Source: Squalus acanthias (lineage: Eukaryota). Taken from it: 64,000 bases of DNA. The stretch spans positions 172,734,001 through 172,798,000 of the forward strand of contig CM059425.1 of the NCBI GenBank assembly GCA_030390025.1. The letters are read 5' to 3'. Shown here one piece after another: positions 36,501 to 47,604 of this stretch. Position 1 is the stretch's first letter; each line of letters opens with the position of its first letter. The notes beneath the pieces were generated by a model. It ran no database searches, was not told the DNA's origin, and saw only the letters and a list, made by a program, of their open reading frames with translations. A program made the translations under genes and the position numbers.

Positions 36501-37533
36501 CAGGCTGTAATTAGTGGGGTACCGCAAGGATCAGTGCTTGGGCCTCGGCTAATCACAATTTACATCAATAATTTGGATGAGGGGACCAAATGTAATATAT
36601 CCAAGTTTGCTGATGATACAAAGCTGGGTGGGAATGTAAGTTGTGAGGAGGATGCAAGGAGGCTTCAAGGGGATATAGACAGGCTAAGTGAGTGGGCAAG
36701 AACATGGCAAATGGAATATAATGTGGAGAAATGTGAAGTTATCCACTTTGGTAGGAAAAATAGAAAAGCAGAGTTTTTTAAATGGTGAGAGATTGGGAAA
36801 TGTTGGTGTTCAGAGGGACCTGGATGTCCTTGTACATGAATCACTGAAAGTTAACATGCAGGTATAGCAAGCAATTAGGAAAGCAAATGGTATGTTGGCC
36901 TTTATTACAAGAGGATTTGAGTACAAGAGTTAAAATGTCTTGCTGCAATTATATACGACCCTGGTGAGACCACACCTGGAGTATTGTGTACAGTTTTGGT
37001 CTCCTTACCTAAGGAAGGATATATTTGCCATAGAGGGAGTGCAACGAAGGTTCACCAGACTGGTTCCTGGGATGGGGGGATTGTCGTATGAGGAGAGATT
37101 GAGTAGACTAGGCCTATATTCTCTAGAGTTTAGAAGAATGAGAGGTGATCTCATTGAAACATACACAATTCTTACAGGGCTTGACAGGGTAGATGCAGGG
37201 AGGATGTTTCCCCTGGCTGGGGAGTCTTGAACCAGGGGTCACAGTCTCAGAATAAGGGGTTGGCCATTTAGGACTGAGATGAGGAGAAATTTCTTCACTC
37301 AGAAGGTGGTGAATCTTTGGAATTCTCTACCCCAGACGGCTGTGGAGGCTCAGTCGTTGAGTATATTCAAGACAGATCGATAGATTTTTGAATATTAAGG
37401 GAATCAAGGGATATGGGGATTGTTCAGGAAAGTGGAGATGAGGTTGAAGATCAACCATGATCTTACTGAATGGCGGAGCAGGCTCGAAGAGCCAAATGGG
37501 CTACTCCTGCTCCTGTTTCTTCTTATGTTCTTA
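33538..37533 (+). mobile_element. CR1 LINE with complete, degenerate ORF2
   Basis: APE ORF 33873-34811, RT ORF 36270-36788 (GVPQGSVLGP, FADD), CR1 tail. Confidence 0.95.
35305..36180 (+). mobile_element. 5'-truncated RTE (BovB-like) LINE inside CR1
   Basis: GLTLNIQKTKVL, FPYLGS, LLYASETW, QLRWTGH, C2H2-like end CPTSDRDCRSRIGLISHLRTH, (AAG)n tail. Confidence 0.9.
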
Positions 37534-39742
37534 TGACTACACTTCAAAAAGTACTTCATTGGCTGTAAAGTGCTTTGGGACGTCCACTGGTTGTGAAAGG
37601 TGCTATATAAATGCAAGTCTTTCTTCTTTCTTTATAAATTACTGGTTACGCCTCAGCTGGAGTATTGTGGACAATTCTGGGTAACCATACTTCAGGAAAG
37701 ATGTAAAGGCCTTAGAAAGTGTACAGAGGAGGTTTACCAGGATGTTACCAGGGATGAGGGACTTTAGTTATGAGGAGAGGTTGGAAATGTTAGGACTGTT
37801 CTCCTTGGAACAGAGAATGTTAAGAGGTGACCTAATAGATGTTTTTAAGATGATGAGAGGTCTTGATAGAGTAGATAGAGAAAAATTATTTCCTCTGGCG
37901 AGTGGGTCAGTAACTAGAGGTCATAGATTCAAAATCATTGGCAAAAGATCTAGAGGGGAGATGAGGAGAATTTTTTTCACTCGAGTGTTGTTGTGATATG
38001 AAATGCTCTATCTGAAAAGGTGATGGCAGTTGATTGCATAAATTATTTTAAAAGTGAGTTGGACAGGTACTTGAGGATGAGGGACTTACAGGGATGCGGA
38101 CAAAAAGCGGGGATGTGGGACTAAGTACAACTGTTCTTTCAAAGAGCTAGCACAGGCATGATGGGCCAAATGGACTCCTTCTGTGCTGTAAATTTCTATG
38201 ATTGTATGATAATACCAATCACTGGTCAAGCCACTCAGCACTTTCCTCTTCCATATCTTGACATAACTGCTCTAACTAGTACTGACTTTTTCTACCCTTC
38301 TGTCAATTTCTTACCCATGAGCAAGACTTACCCTAAATCACTATCTCTCAAGAGAAAAGAGTGGTGATACTGAGACTTCCTGTTTCACTCTGAATCTTTC
38401 GTATGTCCCAGAGCTGAAAAGCGAATGCTTAGATTGGAAGGAAAGCTGAAGTTTCAAGTTCTCTTTCTTTTTAATTATAAAAAAATTATAATCTATAATA
38501 ATAGAAATCATATTTCTGTGACGATGTAATGATATATGCATTTGTGTCTCTTCAGCCAATCACATCACAGAACCAAAGATTAACCAATCATATCCAAAGT
38601 TTTAGCCAATCAGATCACACTATCCTTTATCCTGTCCCATTAATGAATCCAACCCCAGAACCAGGAAACAAATAATGCAGAAATATCGCTTCAGTATCAT
38701 TTCTAATTGATTATTTTATCAAATTTAATTACATTCTACCCAAAGAAGTTCAATGTGGCATACTGCCATCATCACAGTTCCTCATGCTTCCCACCATATA
38801 CCCTTAATATAGAATTCACAACAGAATAAATGCATAAAAATCAATAATTCATAAAAAAAACACTTTACCATCCAACCTACCTTTCAATCAATAGCTTCAA
38901 CGCAATATACACCCTGACCTGCTAGCATGTACTCTGGTGCCTGATCTAACTTGGGCTTGATATCCTAAGGCCTGACATGAATTCATGTTTAGAAGACCAA
39001 TAGGCTTGCACATGCTCTCTGGTCATACTGCACTCTCATATGCTGTTCTGCTCATTCCCTCCTATGGCTCTCAACTTGGTGCCTGGTTCTTGCAACTATG
39101 TAGCCTCATCCCAGGTTCAGTTGGCCACCTGTGGCCCTTTACTTGAACACTTGTGAACTCCTCTGCCTCATAATCCAAACGCTGATGCAATCCCGCTCCA
39201 GGATTCTTAATCTAGTCCAACCTCTCTGCAAGCTCAGCCCAATAAACCACTGCCCCTGGATTCCTATACCTTAATCCTTAGATACTTCAGGTTCTGTGCT
39301 GCTAAAGATCTTCAGTAAGTGATGCAGTAACTTTCAGAGAACTGATGTTAAATTTTGGTCGAATTTTCACTAACTGTAAAATGTGCCACTGAAATAAATG
39401 TCATGAAGACGGTATGATTAAGCTAACATAATTATATGGACCCATGTGGCCTTTAAGAGAACTTCAAATACTTATAACTTTCAATATTGGCCAAGCAAAT
39501 GATCTACAAAATAGCTGGTGTAAACTTAACGTGTCACATTTATTCCAGAAAGAAAATAATAACGTGGTAAATTACAACCCGCAGATAAATGTTCTTCAAC
39601 ATTAGTCAACAAAGGAAATACTAAAATGTAGGATGCAAGCATGTGCAGATGTGACTCCTAAAGTACCTTGAAGATTAAGAATATTGCAGAGGACAATGAG
39701 AAAAAGTGTGTGAGGCACATGGAGAGAAAGAAAAAAATGGAA

Positions 39743-40220
39743 GAACATAAGAAATTGGAGCAGGAATAGGCCACATGGCCCCTCGAGCCTGCTCCTCCAT
39801 TCAAGAAGATCATGGCTGATCTTGGGCTCAAAGCCACTTCCCAGCCCACTCCCCATAACCCTTCACTCCCTTATTTGCAAACATTTGTCTATCTCCACTT
39901 TAAATGTATTTAATGACCCAGCCTCCACAGCTCTCTGGGGCAGAGAATTCCACAAACTTACGACCCTCTGAGAGAAGAAGTTCCTCCTCATCTCAGTTCT
40001 AAAAGGGCGACCCTTTATTCTGAGACTGTGCCCCCGAGTTCTAGATTTTCCCATGAGGGGAAACATCCTCTCTGCATCTACCCTGTTGAGACCCCTCAGT
40101 ATCTTATATGTTTCGATAAGATCATCTCTCATTCTTCTAAATTCCAATGAGTATATGCCCAGCCTGCTCAACCTTTCCTCATAAGTCAAAACCCTCATCT
40201 CTGGAATTAACCTAGTGAAT
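39743..40220 (-). mobile_element. CR1 3' fragment
   Basis: FTRLIPEMRVLTYEERL...RRNFFSQRVV; closely similar to 18140-18890. Confidence 0.9.
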
Positions 40221-40565
40221 TTACTAGCATAGGAAGAACTGTATAAAAACTTCCTGCACCAGTTCCTCGTTAGCATAGTGCTCCCCTTCTGCCTCCCTCT
40301 CCCTCCCGTGCGGGGCACTGAGGAGGAAGAGAGCGACAGAGAAAATGAGGCAACAGGGATAAGCACAAAAATCGGGGGGAGTGACTAAGCGCGACTGCTC
40401 CCCCAAAGAGACAGCACAGGCACGACGGGCCGAATGGCCTCCCACTGTGCTGCAAGCCTCCCCGAATCCATGAAACCCAGATGGACATCCGAGACACACA
40501 CACACAAAGAGAGCACACACACATGTTTTTGTCTCAAACACTGCACAACCACCTCCTTCACAATG

Positions 40566-40605
40566 TTCCCGAAACTATACTGGTGAGTATTCAATTCCCC
40601 GACGG
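40566..40605 (+). pseudogene. Internally deleted tRNA-Asp(GTC) relic
   Basis: TATACTGGTGAGTAT joined to TCAATTCCCCGACGG, the D-arm and T-arm/acceptor pieces of vertebrate tRNA-Asp; anticodon arm missing; another 5' piece TCCTCGTTAGCATAGTG at 40264-40280. Confidence 0.65.
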
Positions 40606-40750
40606 CTTGTCTCTGTCTGTGTGTCTCTCGCCCAAACAATGTCATTCCGTACGAACAGTCCGCCCGGCGCAAAAGCGATCAGAATCTCAAAAGGAGCAAG
40701 GAGGAAAGACTGCGCCGCTCTGCCTGCTGGCAGGATGCCCGCCGCAGCTT

Positions 40751-40800
40751 TCCCTGGTGGTCCAGTGGCCAGGATTCGGCGCTCTCACCGCCGCAGCCCG
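40751..40800 (+). pseudogene. 3'-truncated tRNA-Glu(CTC) pseudogene
   Basis: TCCCTGGTGGTCCAGTGGCCAGGATTCGGCGCTCTCACCGCCGCAGCCCG matches the first ~50 nt of tRNA-Glu-CTC; GTTCGA loop and 3' acceptor strand absent. Confidence 0.85.
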
Positions 40801-41734
40801 TTTTGGGGCTGTCTGAAACGCCACCAACCAAAGCACTCGCGCAAAGCAATGCCCGCCCCCAATCAAACTTTCAACTTTCCACAGCGCTGCTACTGCCCCA
40901 ACAGCCAGCAGCGCACCACTCGGCACAGTGACACAAAACACACTTCCCTGCCCTCTGCAAAATGCCTGCTGTTTCAAAGTCAGCAGGAAATGCCATTTGG
41001 ATCTCGGCACTTGAAATGTTCACATGCCCACGTTCAACTGCAGCTCACAGTGTCAGAACATTCACGCCTATCATTAATCTTCCATGTATCTTCCATGTAT
41101 CTTCTTGAACTGCATCTCCCTAACAAGACAGTGGAGATCAACTTCTCTCTCTTTAAATATATAGATATATTTTAAACAACTAAATTTATTGTCAACATGG
41201 ACACCCTTGAATATTATCCCCTGCTTGCTTGGCCTCCCCAGTGATAACAATAATTGGGATGTAACTAGGAAAGCTCCATTACAACCTCCTAGGGACAGGT
41301 GGCTCTCAGACCAGTATGAAAGTTTGGACTGTTCTAAGGAAATATGCTTATTGGCTTTTATATGGTCAAAAATTGTCTAATTTCAGGCCTTTGCAATAGT
41401 ACAAATACAGTGGTTTTGTAATAAAATAAATGTGAATTATGTGTCGGTTGCAGGAGACAGTTTAATTTGTCTAATAATACTGTCACACTTTTTTAAAGCT
41501 CCCTATCATAGTTTATTCCAGCTCTTGTATTGTTACTCATGTGGGTGAGTCCCAACTCCCCAAACCTTTGAGAGAGTCTTCAAATGTCTTGAAATTTAGG
41601 AAAGGTTTTGATAATATGTCTGGGAAGTGAACAGTACATCATGTTTTGTAATTGTTGTTCGATATTGGATATCTTATGCCACCATATGATTTCACTTCAG
41701 CCCCACTTCAGTTTAGAGCATCACAGTAAATCTT

Positions 41735-42394
41735 GGCCAAGAGTTTCCGCTTTGGGCGCAATCAGTGATCCAGGCGAAAAATTGCGCCCCTTTTGAAAAG
41801 TGTTTTATTTTCTTGAGTGGCTCAAACTCATTTGCATATCACCGAATGCAAAATCTGCCATGAACCAGTGCAATCGGGCAGCGTTTTAAAATGTAATTTT
41901 TAAACAACAAAATTTTGCTTCAAAAAAGTTCTCGATGTAAGAGTCGTAACTTGGTGCAGTGTGATTAATACAGCTGAAAATGGTTTTATCATAAAAAATA
42001 AGCATTTTTAATCTCGGTATCAATTCTCCACCCGATTTTTAAATAACTGTAAATGACTTTTCAAAAGTATACAGAACCATTTGCTAGTTATATTGGAGTA
42101 CAGTAGTCAGTTTGTTAGTAAATTAAAAATAAATTCAAAAGCTTTTAAAACGTGCCTATGAGTGTCCTTGCACCCAAAAGAATCAACTTAATTTTTAGAG
42201 CCTCCTTGAAGACCTGCAAACAAATGCAATTAGCGGAAACTCCTAATGGTGATTAATTCATCCTGGGGGCATGGCCAGTTTTGTGTTTTTTAAACTAGCG
42301 CAAAAGATCGCGGAAACTAGATTTGCGTTGGTTACACTGATTTCGGGTGAATTTCACTGAAAAATCCAGCGCAACTGAGCAGAAACTCCACCCC
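41735..42394. mobile_element. PIF/Harbinger-like MITE
   Basis: Imperfect TIR GGCCAAGAGTTTCCGCT / AGCAGAAACTCCACCCC; TSD CTT on both sides. Confidence 0.6.
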
Positions 42395-42457
42395 CTTACC
42401 TTTTAAAGTTTAGATTTTTTCCACTAATAATAGACACATGAATAATCCAACAGTACT

Positions 42458-43209
42458 GGCCCAGATTTTGCTGTATGCGACGAAGGATCAGTTGGCCACA
42501 GACTTTTAGGGGGCTTGTCAGTGGAGACTTCCAGTCATCCGACATCTGTTTGAATGCGGCGCCCTCTACAGGGGATTTGTGGGGTCTGTGAGCAGGTCAA
42601 GCAGCAGGGAGGCTCTTCAACCAATCAGATTGAAGAATCCTTACTGATACACGCAGACTGCAAAGCAGGAAGTAAAAAAAGGAAATATAAATTACATTTA
42701 AATCATTGTACAGGAAATGAAATAAAGATTGGGACATACATATGGGATTAAGGGAAAGACGTAAGAGAAAAACAAACTGTAAAAAAAAATATATATATTT
42801 TTTTAAATCCACAACATTAATTTTCTTCTGAGGGAATGTGTCTCCACACTTGTAAAATTAATTTTTCAGGACCAGAGAGGTTGTTCAGTATTTATCACTT
42901 ACTATACCGGTAAAAACAAAACTCAGTTACTCCTGATTGTACAAGCCCTAGCTTTTTCATCTGACTTTAGAGCAAGAATAGTGGGTAATTAATCTAAATT
43001 CAATCCGTAACAGTGATCTCTGTGCAGATTCCATCGGCAAAGACTGCAACAGCGCACCCTGTGGAGGAACAGGGTATCACTGACTGTAACTTCTGGCCTT
43101 CCGCATTTAACTGCGCACATGCGGATGCCAGAAGTTGCTGTCAGTTTTACCAAGTAATAACAGCGAGTGCTGATAGCCTTGCCGTTATTAGTACAGCAAA
43201 ATCTGGGCC
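42458..43209. mobile_element. PIF/Harbinger-like MITE
   Basis: Perfect 18-bp TIR GGCCCAGATTTTGCTGTA; flanks ACT / AAT. Confidence 0.75.
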
Positions 43210-44004
43210 AATATGTTATATATTTACAGTAGACAGTTTTTAAAAATCTAACCCTAGAGTAGATAAAATAACAAAAATTGCAACACTAAAATCTAATCTG
43301 ATCTTTTATAATCAACTTTTAACTACACATAATGTTTTTCTTATTTTTTCAGGAATTTAAACCTGTCCCTTCTAAGAGTTTCAAACAGCTTCTTGGCTAC
43401 TCTTGAGATTTTCCAATTTACTGCCTTTCCCATAGGACCTTCTAACTCCCAATGCCCTGTATTCAAACAAAACTCTCTTGTTTTACACATATTTGCATGG
43501 AAATTACAACACCGAAACAAGCCATTTGGTGCAAACAGTCTTTTGGTGTTTATCCTCTACATGAGCAGTAGTTGTAATTTCATGTGCCCATCCTGTTCCT
43601 ATATCACTTTATCTTCCCTTTCTTCAACCAGCTGTGTAACTTATTCTTAAAAGTTGGCATGGTTTCTGCTTCAATCACTAAATAGTGCATTACAGAACAG
43701 AGTTTCTGGGGCATCCTGAACTTTGAATATCAAGCAAATTTAAATTCTGTATTTGTTTGAAAATCATGCATCAGATTCCCTCAAGGCTGTTACCTTGGAG
43801 ACAACAACAACAAACCTTGTAACATTATATCTGAATAGGCCAGATGCAAAACCCTGGCTCAAACTGGCTGCTAAACTCCCTTTGCACAAGGACTGGGTTT
43901 TAAAGTGACATCTACCAAAACAACATTAGACAAAAATACATAATTTTCAGTTTGCCAATTATTATTTAATTGTTTTTATTCATTTCCATCCATATTGCTT
44001 TTGA

Positions 44005-44243
44005 TGTCAGCCATGAGTCCATGACACACTTGTCTCTGAGTCAGAAGGTTGTGGGTTCAAGACCTATTCGAGAGACTTAAAACATATCATCTGGGCTGAC
44101 ACTTTAGTGCAGTACTGAGGGAGTGCTGTACTGTCGGAGATGCCGTCATTCAGATGACATGTTAAACCGAGATCCCGTCTTCCCTCCCAGTTGGGATCTC
44201 ATAGCCTTATTTCGAGCAGAGTAGGGGTGTCCTGGCCAACATT
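44005..44243 (+). mobile_element. Deu-type SINE, 5' part
   Basis: TCTGAGTCAGAAGGTTGTGGGTTCAAG head plus GTGCAGTACTGAGGGAGTGCTG body. Confidence 0.7.
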
Positions 44244-46574
44244 TAAACACGCACAAACAAACTTAATGTGATAAAATTATTTAAGCCTATTAATTATTTT
44301 AAGTCTGTACTCTCATTGAAATAATTATCCAAACATTATTAATTTAGCACTAAATAATCAAAGGTCTTTTTTGATAATCCGCGTAGTTATGAAACCGATA
44401 ATCAGTTAATTTAAATTAAATTAATTTGTCATTTTTTTCAACCTCATTATTGTTCATTTCAGTCTGTTAGAAAATTAATTGGACAAGCCTAGAAAAAGTT
44501 AATGGAATATTTTAAGAGTATAGCTGATCTCCTGTGGCATTGCTCATGAGTAGTCTGGCGTTAAGGGCACGGTAATGAAGTTTAAATGCTAATCAGGCAA
44601 ATCTCCTTTAAAGCCACCGCTCCCTGTGTATACGTGGTCTAAATAGGTTCAGATGTTAATCAGAGTTCAATTGTTGTTTAGTGAGGTACATTTACAGATT
44701 GACAGTTGTTAACTCTCTTGGGATGACAGTCAGGAAAGCTTATCAATTTTTGTTTTAATCTGCTGGATGTCTGATATGCACAGAAACCTACCACCATGTT
44801 TAAGTATCCCCAAACTCAAGCTGTTTGGAAAGTTACTCCCTCCTGCAATGCTTTTGTTTGCCCAATATGTAATGCACACTCTCTCTCCTTAAATGCACAT
44901 TCCACTCACCCTGTTCCAGAGAACGTAGGCAAAGGTTAGTACAATCAAGGCTTAGGAATCCCTATGTGTATGCTTCGGTACTGCTGGAGTTTACCAGTAC
45001 ATAAGTACTGGCACACTTACCACGACTTGTCCAGTTTGGACGACCCTACCCAGTTTGCAGCACACTGGGATAAATCTTGCCCTTCACTGTTAGGTCTAAC
45101 TCTCCCAGCTTTCATTGGTGAACCAGGCTGGCTAGACAATCAGTAACAGTGCCCAGGAGAACTGCAGACCTGCCTGGCTCAGATGAATACTAGTCAGTTT
45201 CCTGCTGCTTATCCAGCTAGCACCACCTACACATTGAGGGATTGGCTTGCAGTCTGGAACTGAGTGGGAAGACTATCTGTGGGAATAATTCCAGCCCTCA
45301 CTGACAGGTCTGACCCTCCAGGTTCCATTAGTGAATCAAGCTGGCTGGTCAATCATAACAATGTACTGGAGTACTGTGGAGTGTGGACGTGTCTGGTTCA
45401 GGGATCAGATTACTGAGCCTATAGCAGAGTGTTGATATTGTTCAGAGCTTTCATTGTCGGGCATGTCATCTTGAAGCCACCATGATCTCAAAGAGGCCCT
45501 ACTTATCTTATTCCCCAAGAGGATAGGAACCAAAGAATGTCAAGTCCAACCCCAGACTTCTGAGAGAGGTTGAGGCTTCCAAGTACAAATATTAATGCAG
45601 GCACTGAGAGACACAGAAGACAATCTTGTAGGCAAGTTTAATCGTGTTGTTGTAAAATATGTAAGTTTTGAGCCCCAGGTATGTGAGTTGCTGAGAAAGA
45701 AAATGACAGACATTTTGAGCGATTTGTTTCAGTTTCTGCTTTTTTAAAATAAATATGAATAATTTCTCATAGTTTCAGATGTCTTGTATTACTTTTATTT
45801 ATTTGAGCTAATTAAAAAGTGTAAAATTCTGGAAATATACAATATGCCAATGAGCACCTGAAGAGAAAAGACAAATTATGACTATGTGGATATGTAACCT
45901 TAATCGGCAGTATATGGATAAAGTGCAAATGGAGCCTGCACACAAACTATGCACAAGGTTTATTAGGGCTCCCACCATAATGCAACTGGAGCATCTGAGC
46001 AGCACTCAAGTTGCACAGTGTTCATTTGGGTGCAAAATTAAAACATTTCTCTGGCTGGCCCTCCCATGCTCCTTTGTTCCTTCTCATGATCCCCGTCTTT
46101 TTCACAAACTCTCAAAGCCACCTCCAAATCAGCTGAATTTACATTTTTTCTTTCAATATTTTTCCCTCCCCACCAGTATGGTAATTCATACTGGGGTATG
46201 ATAACAGAGACACCAGCTGCCATCTAGTTATTTGGCCAAGCATCCATATTCTATGTTCTGAATAAAGATGGTAGATATTGGCAGGCACATAACAGATGCT
46301 GTCCTCATCAATTTTCACACACGTGCACTTTCCAGCAAGAGTCACTGGATAAGTGATACAAAAAGGATATTGCAGCTATTGAAAGGATATAGAAGAGAGC
46401 AACCAGAATGATTGAGGGATTAGATTATGAGGAGCAATTATATAAATTGGGCGTGTGCCCTCCGGTTGAGAGGTGATACGATTGCTGTTTGTTGGATTCT
46501 AAAGGGACTATTAGCAATTTCACCTTGTCCAGAACAGTAGAACCAGAGGATATGACTTACTTAAAGGGCAGATA

Positions 46575-47050
46575 ATCACAGATAAGGCTGTCTCTGATCA
46601 CTTCCTAGTATCGCTCTCTACTTATATCCTCTTTCCCCCATCTAACCCCACTTCCTTTTGTGTCCGCACCTGGAAAAAACTCTCCTGAAGTCACTTACAA
46701 CTGCACTTTCAAATTGCCAACTGTCTAGCCTTTGGCCCTCCATTCACCACAACATTTCTGCAGCTACTGATCTGCTCAGTCACGCCCTCACCTCCACCTT
46801 TGATGCCCTAGTCCCCATTAAAATCATTAGTCTCTCTCACCCTGTTCGTTCCCTCTGGTGCGGCCCTCATCTCTGCCAAGGGATGCAGACATAAGCGTTT
46901 ATGGCGGACAACTGGTTTAGCCATTCATCGCCAGATCTGGTTGGACTACATAAAGCACTATCGGGACCTGCTCTCTTCTGCCAAAACTGCTCACGATTTC
47001 AGGGTCATCCTGAATGCAAAGATATCCCCTGGCTCCTCTTCTCCACTGCA
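46575..47050 (+). mobile_element. L2 fragment
   Basis: SDHFLV, LTSTFDALVP; similar to 2990-3150. Confidence 0.65.
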
Positions 47051-47512
47051 AACAGCTACAACACTGGCATCTATCCAACAATATGGAAAACTGCCCAGGT
47101 ATAGCCAGTCCACAAAAAGCAGGACAAATCCAACCCGGCCAATTACCGACCCATCAGTCTACTCTCCATCATCAGCAAAGTGATGGAAGGTGTCATCGAC
47201 AGTGCTATCAAGCGGCACTTACTCACCAAAAACCTGCTCACTGATGCCCAGTTTGGGTTTCGCCAGGACCACTCCGCTCCAGACCTCATTACAGCCTTGG
47301 TCCAAACATGGACAAAGGAGCTGAATTCCAGAGGTGAGGTGAGAGTGACATCAAGGCAGCATTTGACCGAGTGTGGTCTCAAGGAGCCCTAGTAAAACTG
47401 AAGTCAATGGGAATCAGGGGGAAAACGCTCCACTGGCTGGAGTCATACCTAGCACAAAGGAAGATGGTTGTGGTGGTTGGAGGTCAATCATCACAGCCCC
47501 ATGACATCGCTG
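47051..47512 (+). mobile_element. Internal RT fragment of LINE family B
   Basis: SYNTGIYPTIWKTAQV, NYRPISLLS, QFGFRQDHSAPDL. Confidence 0.85.
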
Positions 47513-47604
47513 TGAATGATCAGGAGAAGAAATTCTGCTTGCTTTTTCCAACCTATCTCAGGGTCATTGCCAAGTACAGTGCCCACACTGCTTCCCCAAC
47601 TACA

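Larger units (their letters stand above)
33225..37629 (+). mobile_element. Deu-domain SINE (SacSINE1-like), split into 33225-33537 and 37534-37629
   Basis: GTGCAGTACTGAGGGAGTGCTG..GTAAAAGATCCCATGGCAC body; ACAACAGTG resumes as TGACTACACTTCAAAA; family name from recalled similarity. Confidence 0.75.
32640..38205 (+). mobile_element. Older CR1, split into 32640-33224 and 37630-38205
   Basis: KAFNKVPHRRL, KFADDTKL, KSKEIMLE resuming as LYKLLV.PQLEY at 37630. Confidence 0.8.

Noticed and set aside
40751..40830. Functional tRNA-Glu gene
   Set aside because: No T-loop (B box), no 3' acceptor strand
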